From contig CAVXMC010000001.1 of NCBI GenBank assembly GCA_963762795.1, positions 251,148-315,147 of the forward strand: DNA of 64,000 nucleotides. The letters run 5' to 3'. How positions within the stretch are numbered: the first letter of the stretch is position 1; every line of letters starts with the position of its first letter. Position numbers and translations under genes: made by a program. Below the pieces are notes generated by a model that was given only the letters and a program-made list of their open reading frames with translations, did not search any database and was not told the origin of the DNA. Positions 36,694-48,848 of this stretch are shown here, piece by piece. Source of the stretch: an uncultured Actinomycetota bacterium (lineage in GTDB: Bacteria > Actinomycetota > Actinomycetes > Mycobacteriales > SCTD01).

Positions 36694-36953
36694 GGCCGGT
36701 AGGAGTCCGCGTCGATCGCGTCGTTGGAGCCGTCGAGGCCCAGGCCCTCGCGCAGCTCCGCCTCGCGCTCGGCCATGGCCACGCGCATCTCGGCGGTGAA
36801 GTCGCGGATGCTCTCGGTCAGGCCGCCGAACGCGCCGGCGAGGGAGTTCTGGACGCCGACCGGGGTGAAGCGGGCGGCCGCCTGGCTGGCCCGGCGCACG
36901 ACGAGCACGCCGACGGTGGCGCCCAGGGCGATGTAGAAGAGCCGGCGGGTCAT
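36690..36953 (-). CDS. Small membrane-associated protein (one N-terminal TM helix), conserved partner of the DUF948-type gene
   Basis: ORF 36690..36953, 87 aa: [26 protein letters not shown]... ATGA overlaps on both sides (alaS downstream, DUF948-type gene upstream). Confidence 0.55.
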   Translation of the reverse strand: MTRRLFYIALGATVGVLVVRRASQAAARFTPVGVQNSLAGAFGGLTESIRDFTAEMRVAMAEREAELREGLGLDGSNDAIDADSYRP

Positions 36954-37348
36954 CGGCCCGCCTTCAGCTCACTGCGCACGCGCTTGGCCATGTCGTCGTG
37001 CTGGCGCTTGCTGACGGTGCGGCGCACGCCGTAGGAGAAGGCGGCGACCTTGATGATCGGGCTGCCGAGGGTGGCGGCGAACAGCGACGTCAGCGAGGAG
37101 ACGTTGGCCGAGATGCTCTGCACGTTGGAGGTGATGGCGTCGACCCGGACCAGCTCCTGGTTGACGTGGGTGACCGAGGTCGTCACCTCGCCGAGCAGCG
37201 GCACCGTCTTGTCGGTGATGCCGGCGACCAGCCGCTGGGTCTCCTCGACGACCTTGCCCAGCTTCACGAGCACCAGGCAGAGCACGAGCACGAGGATCGC
37301 GAAGAAGACCGCGACGATCAGTCCGGCGACCTGTCCACCTGTCAGCAC
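36950..37348 (-). CDS. DUF948-type membrane protein (N-terminal TM helix plus helical domain)
   Basis: ORF 36950..37348, 132 aa: [58 protein letters not shown]... The family assignment is from memory of this architecture. Confidence 0.55.
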   Translation of the reverse strand: MLTGGQVAGLIVAVFFAILVLVLCLVLVKLGKVVEETQRLVAGITDKTVPLLGEVTTSVTHVNQELVRVDAITSNVQSISANVSSLTSLFAATLGSPIIKVAAFSYGVRRTVSKRQHDDMAKRVRSELKAGR

Positions 37349-37354
37349 GTTGTC

Positions 37355-38767
37355 CTACTCCTTGGTCTGCTCGAGGGCTGCGAGCTCCTCGGGCGTGGGT
37401 GGCGCCGGCCTGCACCTGGGGCGGAAGCCTGACGCGACGTCCTCCGGGACCACCCCGCGGTCGCCGCGCAGCACCTCGCGCAGCCCCGCGAGCCGCTCTC
37501 CGGCGACGCGCTCGACTCCCAGACCGCCGGGCGAGTAGTACTCCCGTCCGACGACCGGGTCGGGCGCGTACTGCTGAGCCACGACCCTCCCCGGGAAGTC
37601 GTGAGGGTAGCGGTAGCCGGTGTGCCCGAGCTTCTTCGCACCGCCGTAGTGCGCGTCGCGCAGGTGCGGCGGCACCGTGCCGGTCCGGCCGGACCGCACG
37701 TCGGCCAGCGCGGAGTCCACCGCGGCGATCACCGCGTTGCTCTTCGGGGCGAGCGCGAGGTGGATGACGGCCTGCGCCAGGTTGATGCGCGCCTCGGGCA
37801 TCCCGATCAGCTCGAGCGCCTGCGCGGCGGCGACCGCGGTCTGCAGCGCGGAGGGGTCGGCCATGCCGATGTCCTCGCTGGCGTGCACGACCAGCCGCCG
37901 GGCGATGAAGCGCGGGTCCTCCCCCGCCTCGACCATCCGGGCGAAGTAGTGCAGCGCCGCGTCGACGTCCGAGCCGCGGATCGACTTGATGAAGCCGCTG
38001 ATGACGTCGTAGTGCTGGTCGCCGTCCCGGTCGTAGCGCACCGCGGCCCGGTCGACCGCCTGCTCGAGCACCTCGAGCGTGATGACGTCCGTGGCGCCGG
38101 CGGCGGCCTCCAGGGCGGTGAGGGCGCGGCGCGCGTCGCCGCTCGCCAGGCGTACGAGGTGGTCCTCGGCGTCCTGCTCGAGCCGGACCGTCCCGCCGAG
38201 CCCGCGCTCCTCGGTGAGCGCCCGCTGGACGACCGCGCGGACGTCGTCGTCGGTGAGCGGCTCGAGGGTGAGCAGCAGGCTGCGGCTCAGCAGCGGGCTG
38301 ATGACCGAGAAGAACGGGTTCTCGGTGGTCGCGGCCACCAGCGTCACCCAGCGGTTCTCGACGCTGGGCAGCAGGGCGTCCTGCTGGGTCTTGGAGAAGC
38401 GGTGCACCTCGTCGACGAACAGCACGGTCTGCGCGCCGCTCTCACCGAGCGCCCGCTTCGCGTCCTCGACGACCTGGCGCACGTCCTTCACGCCGGCCGT
38501 CACCGCCGACAGCTCGCGGAAGCGGCGTCGGGTGGAGGCGGCGATGACGTACGCCAGGGTGGTCTTGCCGGTGCCGGGCGGGCCCCACAGGACGACGCTC
38601 AGCGGGGCGTCGCCCTCGACCAGCCGCCGCAGCGGGGCGCCCGGGCCGAGCAGGTGGCGCTGCCCGACGACCTCGTCGAGGGTCCGCGGGCGCATCCGGA
38701 CGGCGAGCGGCGCCACGGCCTGCGCCGCGCGTCGCTCGGCGTCGTCGAACAGCGAGTCCCCGTCCAC
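37355..38767 (-). CDS. rarA: Replication-associated recombination protein A (AAA+ ATPase RarA/MgsA)
   Basis: ORF 37355..38767, 470 aa, uninterrupted: [62 protein letters not shown]. Confidence 0.9.
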   Translation of the reverse strand: MDGDSLFDDAERRAAQAVAPLAVRMRPRTLDEVVGQRHLLGPGAPLRRLVEGDAPLSVVLWGPPGTGKTTLAYVIAASTRRRFRELSAVTAGVKDVRQVVEDAKRALGESGAQTVLFVDEVHRFSKTQQDALLPSVENRWVTLVAATTENPFFSVISPLLSRSLLLTLEPLTDDDVRAVVQRALTEERGLGGTVRLEQDAEDHLVRLASGDARRALTALEAAAGATDVITLEVLEQAVDRAAVRYDRDGDQHYDVISGFIKSIRGSDVDAALHYFARMVEAGEDPRFIARRLVVHASEDIGMADPSALQTAVAAAQALELIGMPEARINLAQAVIHLALAPKSNAVIAAVDSALADVRSGRTGTVPPHLRDAHYGGAKKLGHTGYRYPHDFPGRVVAQQYAPDPVVGREYYSPGGLGVERVAGERLAGLREVLRGDRGVVPEDVASGFRPRCRPAPPTPEELAALEQTKE

Positions 38768-38776
38768 GGGACGAGG

Positions 38777-39566
38777 CTATGGGCTCAGGCCAGGGTGCGC
38801 GGTGCGTCGAGGCGCAGGGAGCCGCTGCCGCCCCGGCGGACCGGGTGCTGGGGGCCGTGCGGCTGCTGCGGCCTTCGTGTACTCCGCGGCGTGCGGCCCG
38901 GCCCAGTGCACCGCCTCCTGGACGCTCACCTTGCCGTCGCGGTCGGCGTCGGCCGCCCCGTCGCGGATCGCGCGGTCGAACAGCAGCCCGCTCCAGACCG
39001 ACAGCCCGGTGCGCGGGTCCTCGTACGACTTCTCGGTCACCGTGCTGGACCCGGTGAACAGGTGCCGACTGCTGGACAGGCCCTCGTCGAAGCCGCCGGC
39101 CTCGCAGCCGCTGATGCTGGTCCAGGCGGTGCCGCGGACCTGCCTGAGCGACGCCGGCGACGTCGGTGTCGCGCAGGTAGCGGTTGTCGACGGGCCACAG
39201 GTGCTCGGCGCCGCCCTTCTGCTTGACGTGCCCCGAGTAGTGGAAGAGCGAGAACGTCCTGTCGCTGCTGCTGCTGGCGAGCCAGGACAGGCCGTCGGAG
39301 ATCGCCGCCGCGGTGGCCTGGCCGTCGACGAGCAGCCGGATGTGGTCGTCGCGCCACCCGTTCTTGAGCAGCACGTCGCGGACCAGCCGGGCGTCCTGGG
39401 CGCCGCCGACGGTGTCGTGGACGTTGCCGCGGTACTCCGTGACGCCGACGAGCAGGGCGTAGCGCTCGGCCGGCGAGGCCGTCGGCGGCGTGCTCGCGGC
39501 ACCGGCCGTCACCACCAGGACGGCGAGCTGCACCGCCACCAGCGCCACCAGGACTGCTCGTCGCAC
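38777..39566 (-). CDS. Secreted caspase-like (peptidase C14) protein with C-terminal EF-hand-type loop; one or more frame breaks
   Basis: The GTG at 39566 follows GGAGG. The signal-like N-terminus [24 protein letters not shown] is followed by YALLVGVTEYRG...FSLFHYSGHV (His box), all in ORF 38442..39566. The continuation LRQVRGTAWTSISGCEAGGF (Cys box) and DADRDGKVSVQEA is in ORF 38777..39502. The break is at ~39150. The C-terminal frame after EYTK is ambiguous. Confidence 0.65.
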
Positions 39567-39678
39567 GTCGTACCTCCGCGGATCGCCTCCGTCCGGTGTG
39601 CCCGGTCTGGAGGGGGTTGTCCCTCCTTCGACGTCCCGTGACCCGGTCCTGCCGCCCGGCCGCGACTAGCGTGAGCCG

Positions 39679-40428
39679 GTGCCTGTCCTGACCTCCCTGG
39701 GCTCCGCGGCCGAGGTGCTGCTGGCGACCGACCACGACCCGTTCGCGCGCGGCTCGCTGCGCCGGCCGCTGCTGCAGGGCTGGATGTCCGGCGGCGCGAT
39801 CGCCTGGATGGGCGTCGACGCCTACGAGCACGTCCCCTACCTGTCGGTCCTGGGCGAGCCGCCCGCGGCCGCCGGGCTCCTCGCCGAGCTGCTCACCGAG
39901 CTGCCGCCGGCCCAGCGCGTCACCCTGCCGCGCGGCACCGGCCGGCTGCTGCCCGCCTGGGTCGGCCTGGACGGCACCGACTGGGACTTCCGCTGGACGC
40001 CGTCGCCCTTCCCGCTCGCGTCCGGGGAGGAGCGCGTCGAGGTCGTCGCGGACGACGCGGCGGTGACGGCGCTGCTGGACGAGGCCAGCCCGCGGGCCTC
40101 GGTCCAGCCCGGCGACGACACCGTCCGGGAGTGGGTGGGCGTCCGCGACGCCTCCGGCCGGCTGCTCGCGTGCGCCGCCGACACCAGCCAGGTCGACGGC
40201 GTCGGCCACCTCGCCTCGATCGCCGTCTCACCCGCTGCCCGCGGCCAGGGCCTCGGCCGGGCGGTCACCGGCGCGCTGGTCCGGCGCATGTTCGAGGCGG
40301 GCTGCGACGTCGCCACACTCGGGATGTACGCCGACAACGCGCCCGGCCGGGCCCTCTACGACGCGATGGGCTGGCGCGACGAGCACCGGTTCACCAGCGG
40401 TCCCCTGCAGGTCCGCAGCCGCTGGTAG
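39679..40428 (+). CDS. GNAT-family N-acetyltransferase
   Basis: ORF 39679..40428, 249 aa. The C-terminal acetyl-CoA motif is HLASIAVSPAARGQGLGRAVTGALVRRM...YADNAPGRALYDAMGW. Confidence 0.75.
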   Translation: MPVLTSLGSAAEVLLATDHDPFARGSLRRPLLQGWMSGGAIAWMGVDAYEHVPYLSVLGEPPAAAGLLAELLTELPPAQRVTLPRGTGRLLPAWVGLDGTDWDFRWTPSPFPLASGEERVEVVADDAAVTALLDEASPRASVQPGDDTVREWVGVRDASGRLLACAADTSQVDGVGHLASIAVSPAARGQGLGRAVTGALVRRMFEAGCDVATLGMYADNAPGRALYDAMGWRDEHRFTSGPLQVRSRW

Positions 40429-40453
40429 CGCGCCGCTCGCCCGCCCGCCCCCG

Positions 40454-40517
40454 CGACTTCCCCAGGGTTCTGCGCGTCGGCGTCGGCGTGTCGCGTACGA
40501 CAGCCCTGGGGAAGTCG
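40454..40517. terminator. Long hairpin (perfect 14-bp stem, 36-nt loop) between convergent GNAT and aspS genes
   Basis: cgacttccccaggg (40454-40467) and ccctggggaagtcg (40504-40517) are exact reverse complements. Confidence 0.55.
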
Positions 40518-40530
40518 GCGCCGGGCGGCG

Positions 40531-42297
40531 CTACGCGGTCGGGTCCTCCGGCGGCGGGGCGTCGATGCCGGCCTCGGTGCGCTGCTGCGGGGTGATCGGG
40601 GTCGGCGCGCCGGTCAGCGGGTCGAAGCCCGCGCCGGTCTTCGGGAAGGCGATGACCTCGCGCAGCGACTCCGCGCCGGCGAGCAGCATGACGACGCGGT
40701 CCCAGCCGAGGGCGATGCCGCCGTGCGGCGGGGCGCCGAAGGAGAACGCGTCGAGCAGGAAGCCGAACTTCTCCTGCGCCTCCTCCGGCCCGATGCCCAT
40801 CATCGCGAAGACCCGCTCCTGCACGTCCTTGCGGTGGATGCGGATGGAGCCGCCGCCGAGCTCGTTGCCGTTGCAGACGATGTCGTACGCGTAGGCCAGC
40901 GCCTCCCCCGGCGACTCCTCGAACCGGTCGAGCCACTCGGGCTTGGGCGAGGTGAAGGCGTGGTGCACCGCGGTCCAGGCGCCGCCGCCGACCGCGACGT
41001 CGCCGGTCGAGCCGGCCGGCTCGAACAGCGGCGCGTCGACGATCCAGACGAACTCCCAGCGGGTGGCGTCGATCAGCCCGCAGCGCTCGCCGATCTCGAG
41101 CCGGGTGGCCGCCAGCAGCGACCGGGCCGAGGACGGCCTCGCCCGCCGCGAAGAACGCGCAGTCGCCCGGCGGCCGCGCCCGACGTGCGCGCGCAGCCCG
41201 GCCTGCTCCGCCTCGGACAGGTTCTTGGCGACCGGCCCGCCGAGGGTGCCGTCCTCGTTGAACAGGACGTACGCCAGGCCGCGGTGCCCCCGCTGCTTGG
41301 CGAACTCCTGCCACGCGTCGAGCACCTTGCGCGGCTGCGAGGCCCCGCCGGGCATGACGACGGCACCGACGTACGGCGCCTGGAAGACGCGGAACGGCGT
41401 CGACGCGAAGTACTCCGTGCACTCGACGAGCTCCTGGCCGAAGCGCAGGTCGGGCTTGTCGTTGCCGAAGCGGCGCATCGACTCGGCGTAGGTCATGCGC
41501 GGGATCGGCAGCGGGACCTCGTGGCCGATCAGCGCCCACAGCGCCGCGACGACCTTCTCGCCGACCGCGATGACGTCGTCCTGGTCGACGAAGCTCATCT
41601 CGACGTCGAGCTGGGTGAACTCCGGCTGGCGGTCCTTGCGGAAGTCCTCGTCGCGGTAGCAGCGGGCGATCTGGTAGTAGCGCTCGAGCCCGCCGACCAT
41701 GAGCAGCTGCTTGAACAGCTGGGGCGACTGCGGCAGCGCGTACCAGCTCCCCGGCTGCAGGCGCACCGGCACGAGGAAGTCGCGGGCGCCCTCGGGCGTC
41801 GAGCGGGTCAGCGTCGGGGTCTCGACCTCGAGGAAGCCCTCGGCGTGCAGCACCTCGCGGGCGGCGCGGCTGACCTCGCTGCGCAGGCGCATCGCCGCGG
41901 CGGGGCCGGAGCGGCGCAGGTCGAGGTAGCGGTAGCGCAGCCGCACCTCCTCGCCGACGTCGACGTGGTCGTCGATCGGGAAGGGCAGCGGGGCGGCCTC
42001 GCTGAGCACCTCGAGCTCGTCGGCGACGATCTCGACGGCGCCGGTCGGCAGGGCGTCGTTGCGGTTGCCCTCGGGCCGGGCGCGGACCTCGCCGGTGACG
42101 CGCACGCAGTACTCGTTGCGCAGGCCGGAGGCGACCGCCTCGTCGCGGACGACGACCTGCACGACGCCGCTGCGGTCGCGCAGGTCGAGGAAGGCGACGC
42201 CGCCGTGGTCGCGCCGGCGGGCGACCCAGCCGGCCAGCGTGACGGTCGAGCCGGCGTGCTCCTCGCGGAGGGTGCCGGCGTCGTGAGTGCGGATCAT
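40531..42297 (-). CDS. aspS: Aspartate--tRNA ligase; short out-of-frame excursion (two breaks ~50 nt apart)
   Basis: The ATG at 42297 (ATGA overlap with the hisS stop) gives [25 protein letters not shown]...[20 protein letters not shown]...[11 protein letters not shown]...[13 protein letters not shown]...GGGSIRIH... in ORF 40531..43560. The segment [13 protein letters not shown] at ~41125-41185 is in the frame of ORF 40391..42430. Confidence 0.9.
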   Translation of the reverse strand: MIRTHDAGTLREEHAGSTVTLAGWVARRRDHGGVAFLDLRDRSGVVQVVVRDEAVASGLRNEYCVRVTGEVRARPEGNRNDALPTGAVEIVADELEVLSEAAPLPFPIDDHVDVGEEVRLRYRYLDLRRSGPAAAMRLRSEVSRAAREVLHAEGFLEVETPTLTRSTPEGARDFLVPVRLQPGSWYALPQSPQLFKQLLMVGGLERYYQIARCYRDEDFRKDRQPEFTQLDVEMSFVDQDDVIAVGEKVVAALWALIGHEVPLPIPRMTYAESMRRFGNDKPDLRFGQELVECTEYFASTPFRVFQAPYVGAVVMPGGASQPRKVLDAWQEFAKQRGHRGLAYVLFNEDGTLGGPVAKNLSEAEQAGLRAHVGRGRRATARSSRRARPSSARSLLAATRLEIGERCGLIDATRWEFVWIVDAPLFEPAGSTGDVAVGGGAWTAVHHAFTSPKPEWLDRFEESPGEALAYAYDIVCNGNELGGGSIRIHRKDVQERVFAMMGIGPEEAQEKFGFLLDAFSFGAPPHGGIALGWDRVVMLLAGAESLREVIAFPKTGAGFDPLTGAPTPITPQQRTEAGIDAPPPEDPTA

Positions 42298-43560
42298 CGG
42301 AGCAGCTCCCTGAGGTGGTCCACGAGCGTGTCGAGCGGCGCAGCGGACTGCTCGCCGCTGCGCAGGTCCTTGACCGGCACGGTGCCGGCCTCGAGGTCGC
42401 GGTCGCCGAGCACGACGGCGTACGGCGCACCGCTGCGGTCGGCGGCCTTCATGGCGCCCTTCATGCCGCGGTCGCCGTACGCGAGGTCGGCCGGCGTGCC
42501 GAGCCGGCGCAGCTCGGTGACGAGGCGGAACGCACGTCGCCTTGGCCCGCGCGCCGAGCGGCACGAAGAAGACCTGGCACCCCTGCGCAGCCGGCAGCTC
42601 GACCTGCTCGGCCTCGAGCGCGAGCAGGGTGCGGTCGACGCCGAGCGCCCAGCCGACGCCCGGCAGCGGCGGGCCGCCGATGGCCTCGGACAGCCCGTCG
42701 TAGCGGCCGCCGGCACCGATCGTCGACTGCGCGCCGAGCAGCGGGTGGATGAACTCGAACGTCGTGCGGCGGTAGTAGTCGAGGCCGCGCACCAGCCGCG
42801 GGTCGTCGACGTACGGCACGCCCGCGTCGGTGAGGTGCTGGCGGACGGCGTCGTGGTGCGCGCGGGCCTCGTCCGACAGCGCGTCGGTGAGCAGCGGCGC
42901 GTCGGCGGTCTTGTCCCTGACCTCGGGCCGCTTGTCGTCGAGCACCCGCAGCGGGTTGAGCCGGATCCGCTTGTCGGTCTCCTCGTCGAGCCCGCCCACG
43001 CGCTCCTCGAGCCACGTCCGCAGCCGCGCGCTGTAGTCGGCGCGGTCCTGCGGGTCGCCGAGGGAGTTCAGGTGCAGCTCGGTCCGGGTCAGGCCCAGGG
43101 AGCGGTACGCCGCGTCCGCCAGCGCCACGAGCTCCGCGTCGAGGGCCGGGTCGTCGGTGCCGAGGGCCTCCGCGCCGACCTGGGTGAACTGCCGCTGGCG
43201 CCCGGACTGCGGCTGCTCGTAGCGGAACATCGGCCCGGCGTACCAGAGCTTGACCGGCAGCGCGCCGCGCTCCAGGCCGGCCTCGAGGACAGCGCGTACG
43301 GCACCGACCGTGCCCTCAGGGCGCAGCGTGATCGAGCGGTCGCCGCGGTCGGTGAAGGTGAACATCTCCTTGCTGACCACGTCCGTCGTCTCGCCGACCC
43401 CGCGCGCGAACAGCGCGGTGTCCTCGAAGACGGGCAGCTCGAGCGCGCCGTAGCCGGCGAGCCGGAGCTGGTCGACCATCGCGTCGCGGACGGCCAGCAG
43501 GGCGGTGGACCGGGGCGGCACGTAGTCCGGCACGCCCTTCGGCGCGGTGAACGCAGCCAC
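42294..43560 (-). CDS. hisS: Histidine--tRNA ligase; one frame break
   Basis: The N-terminal 340 aa lie in ORF 40531..43560 ([16 protein letters not shown]...[11 protein letters not shown]...[19 protein letters not shown]...GGRYDGL...). The anticodon-binding tail [46 protein letters not shown]...-stop lies in ORF 42294..42716. The break is at ~42538. Confidence 0.9.
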
Positions 43561-43563
43561 GGG

Positions 43564-44269
43564 CTACAGCCCCCGGCTCGGCGGCGGCTCCGCGAGGTCC
43601 TGCAGGAAGGGGTTGGTCGCGCGCTCGCGGCCGATGGTGGTGGCCGGCCCGTGGCCGGGCAGCACGACCGCGTCGTCCGGCAGCGGCAGGACGACGGTCG
43701 CGAGGGACTGCTGCATCTGCGCCCACGAGCCGCCGGGCAGGTCGGTCCGGCCGATGCTGCCGGCGAAGAGCACGTCGCCGCTGAGCACGACCGGGGCGGT
43801 CGCCTCGCCGTCGGCCTCGTCGCCGGGCAGCCGGAACATGACCGAGCCCGGCGTGTGCCCCGGCGCGAAGTCGGTCGAGATGCGCAGGCCGGCCAGCTCC
43901 ATCGGCTGCGACGGGTCGAGCGCGACGACGTCGGTCGGGCGGGTCCACTCCAGGCGGCCGCCGAAGATCCCGGACGTGCCGGGCGGACATGCCGACCATC
44001 GGGTCGGTGAGCATCTCGTCGTCGGCCGGGTGGATGTAGGCCGGGATGCCGCGGGCCCCGCAGACCGGCGTGACGGAGAACGTGTGGTCGAGGTGGCCGT
44101 GGGTCAGCAGCACCGCGACGGGACGGAGGTCGTGCTCACGCAGCAGCGCGTCGAGCTGCTCGTCGACACCGATGCCCGGGTCGACGACGACGCACTCGCC
44201 GCCGGGTCCGGGTGCGACGACGTAGCAGTTGGTGTCGAACGCAGCGGCGGGGAACCCGCGGACCAGCAC
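43564..44269 (-). CDS. MBL-fold metallo-hydrolase (glyoxalase II-like); one frame break
   Basis: The N-part is in ORF 43316..44269 (NCYVVAPGPGGECVVVDPG...VLLTHGHLDHTFS). The C-part is in ORF 43564..43902 (APGHTPGSVMF...GDVLFAGSIGRTD...LPGHG). The break is at ~43985. Confidence 0.8.
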
Positions 44270-44444
44270 GGTCGTCCTCTCTGAGCAGCCGGGGGGCCGG
44301 GCGACAGGCGTCCGGCGGGCGCCTCGACCCTACCGGCGCGGCGGGTCCGGACCGACCCCCGCCCAGGGCTCCGGCTCCCTACACTCCGAGCCCACGTACC
44401 ACCCCGCGCCGTACGGGCCGGGACCCGACCGCAGGAGGAGCAGC

Positions 44445-45264
44445 GTGACGGCCAGCAAGCGCGAGAAGGACCTGGCCCGCCAGCGGGCCGAGCGGCAGGC
44501 GGCGCGCAAGGCCGCGGCTGCCGCCAAGGCGCCGCCAGCGCCGGGCGATCATCGGCGCCGTCCTGGCCGTGCTGCTCGTCGCCGTCGGCGTCGGTGCCCT
44601 CGCCGGCGTGCTCGCCGGCAACGACGACGACACCGACACCGTCACCCCCGCGGCGGCCCCGTCCGGCTCCGCCCCGGCCGCCGCGTCGGGCGCGCCCGCC
44701 GCCGCAGGCACCTGCTCGTACGCCAAGAGCGGTGACGCCTCGCGCAAGGTCGAGCTGCCGCCGACCACCGGCGTCGAGACCAAGCAGCCGTTCAAGGCCA
44801 CGCTGAAGACCAACAACGGGACCATCGCCTTCGAGCTGCTGACCGCCAAGGCGCCCTGCACCGTCAACAGCTTCCGGTCGCTGGCCCACTTCGCCTTCTT
44901 CGACGACACCCCCTGCCACCGCCTGACCACCGGCGGCATCTTCGTGCTGCAGTGCGGCGACCCGACCGGCAGCGGCTCGGGCGGCCCGGGCTACCAGTTC
45001 GCCGAGGAGAACCTCACCGGCGCGACCTACCCGCGCGGCACGGTCGCCGGCGCGAAGACAGCCGCACCAGGCACCACCGGCAGCCAGTTCTTCCTCGTCT
45101 ACAAGGACAGCCCGCTGCCGGCGCAGTACACGCCGTTCGGCACGATCACCGAGGGGCTCGAGGTGCTCGACAAGATCGCCGCGGCCGGCTCGGACCCCGA
45201 GGGCGACGGCAAGCCCAAGCTCGAGACGACCATCCAGACCGCCCGGGTGACCGCCCTCGGCTGA
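44445..45264 (+). CDS. Membrane-anchored cyclophilin-type peptidyl-prolyl isomerase; one frame break
   Basis: The GTG at 44445 follows AGGAGGAG and gives VTASKREKDLARQRAERQAARKAAAAAKA, in the frame of ORF 44229..44735. Then AIIGAVLAVLLVAVGVGALAG (TM) and the cyclophilin domain (FHRLT-like CHRLTTGGIFVLQCGDPTGSGSGGPGYQF...GTTGSQFFLVY) lie in ORF 44569..45264. The break is at ~44530. Confidence 0.85.
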
Positions 45265-45287
45265 CCGTCCCGCTTCGTCTGCACGCC

Positions 45288-45317
45288 GGAGCCGGGTCCC
45301 GTACGGGGCCCGGCTCC
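45288..45317 (+). terminator. Hairpin after the PPIase stop (GGAGCCGGGTCCCG-TA-CGGGGCCCGGCTCC)
   Basis: The ~14-bp stem has one mismatch and is centred on CGTACG. It begins 24 nt after the TGA at 45262-45264. Confidence 0.55.
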
Positions 45318-45391
45318 TGCGCTGCACGGGCCCGCCGCCGCCGCCAGCTCTGACCGCCGAGCGCCCCGTGACCGCCGACGCGCCCCCTGAC

Positions 45392-45628
45392 CGCGAACGT
45401 AGCGGTGCGCCCCGTACGGACCGCCCAGAGCAACCGCACCGCTACGTTCGCGCCGCGGGCCGGCGGCGAGTGTCGGGGTACGCCCCGCTCGCAGCCCGGA
45501 AAGCGGGCCGCAGCCCGACACTCGCGGGGGCCGGCGGGCCCTGGCCCGCGAACGTAGCGGTGCGCCCCGTACGGACCGCCCAGAGCAACCGCACCGCTAC
45601 GTTCGCGCCGCGGGGGCGGCCGCGAGTG
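45392..45628. repeat. Two copies of an ~80-nt module, each with a perfect 18-bp-stem hairpin, flanking a third hairpin
   Basis: Arms cgcgaacgtagcggtgcg / cgcaccgctacgttcgcg lie at 45392-45409 / 45435-45452 and again at 45547-45564 / 45590-45607. Both have the identical 25-nt loop ccccgtacggaccgcccagagcaac and similar tails ccgcggg..cgagtg. Between them lies a hairpin cgagtgtcggg (45467-45477) / cccgacactcg (45514-45524). Confidence 0.9.
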
Positions 45629-45635
45629 CCGATGC

Positions 45636-48230
<2,595 letters not shown>

Positions 48231-48281
48231 CGGGCGAGGCGGCAGCCCCGTGCCGGTGTGACGTACGACAGGGACAGCCCC

Positions 48282-48848
48282 TCAGTCGCCGAGCAGCGCC
48301 AGGACGTCGAGGTCCGGCTCGGCCTGGGCGACCCGGGCCCGGCCGCCGAGGGCCGGCAGCTCGAGCAGGACGGCCAGGCCGACCGGCTGGGCACCGGCCG
48401 AGCGGACCAGGCTCAGCGCCGCCGCGGCGGTGCCGCCGGTCGCGAGCACGTCGTCGACGACGAGCACCCGCTCCCCCGGCTCGAACGCGTCGCGGTGGAC
48501 CTGGAGGCGGTCGGTGCCGTACTCGAGGGCGTACTCCGCCTCGAGGACCTCGCCGGGCAGCTTCCCGGGCTTGCGCACCGGGACGAAGCCGGCGCCGAAG
48601 TGGTAGGCCACCGGAGCGGCGAGCAGGAACCCGCGCGCCTCGATGCCGACGACCTTGTCGACCGAGCCCCGCCCGTGGTGTGCGACGACCGCGTCGACGG
48701 CGGCGGCGAAGGCCACGTGGTCGGCGAGCAGCGGGCTGATGTCCTTGAACATGATCCCCGGCGTCGGGAAGTCGGCGACGTCGCGGATCCTGGCGCGCAG
48801 CAGGGCGGCCAGGTCGAGCGGCCGGGCGTCCGAGAGCGAGGCGCTCAC
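48282..48848 (-). CDS. apt: Adenine phosphoribosyltransferase
   Basis: This is the last 188 aa of ORF 48282..49622, from VSASLSDARPLDLAALLRARIRDVADFPTPGIMFKDISPLL...VLVVDDVLATGGTA. GTGA overlap with the secF stop. Confidence 0.9.
   Translation of the reverse strand: MSASLSDARPLDLAALLRARIRDVADFPTPGIMFKDISPLLADHVAFAAAVDAVVAHHGRGSVDKVVGIEARGFLLAAPVAYHFGAGFVPVRKPGKLPGEVLEAEYALEYGTDRLQVHRDAFEPGERVLVVDDVLATGGTAAAALSLVRSAGAQPVGLAVLLELPALGGRARVAQAEPDLDVLALLGD

Noticed and set aside
45410-45434. C-rich hairpin loops as 6C-type or another known actinobacterial sRNA.
   Set aside because: The architecture (one long perfect stem with a mixed loop) does not match the two C-rich-loop design I remember for 6C RNA. 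No covariance search is possible here.
45392-45628. Hairpin units interpreted as a MITE or IS remnant.
   Set aside because: I could not recognise target-site duplications, there is no transposase nearby, and only two copies are visible. I cannot search the rest of the genome, so I report them as a repeat only.
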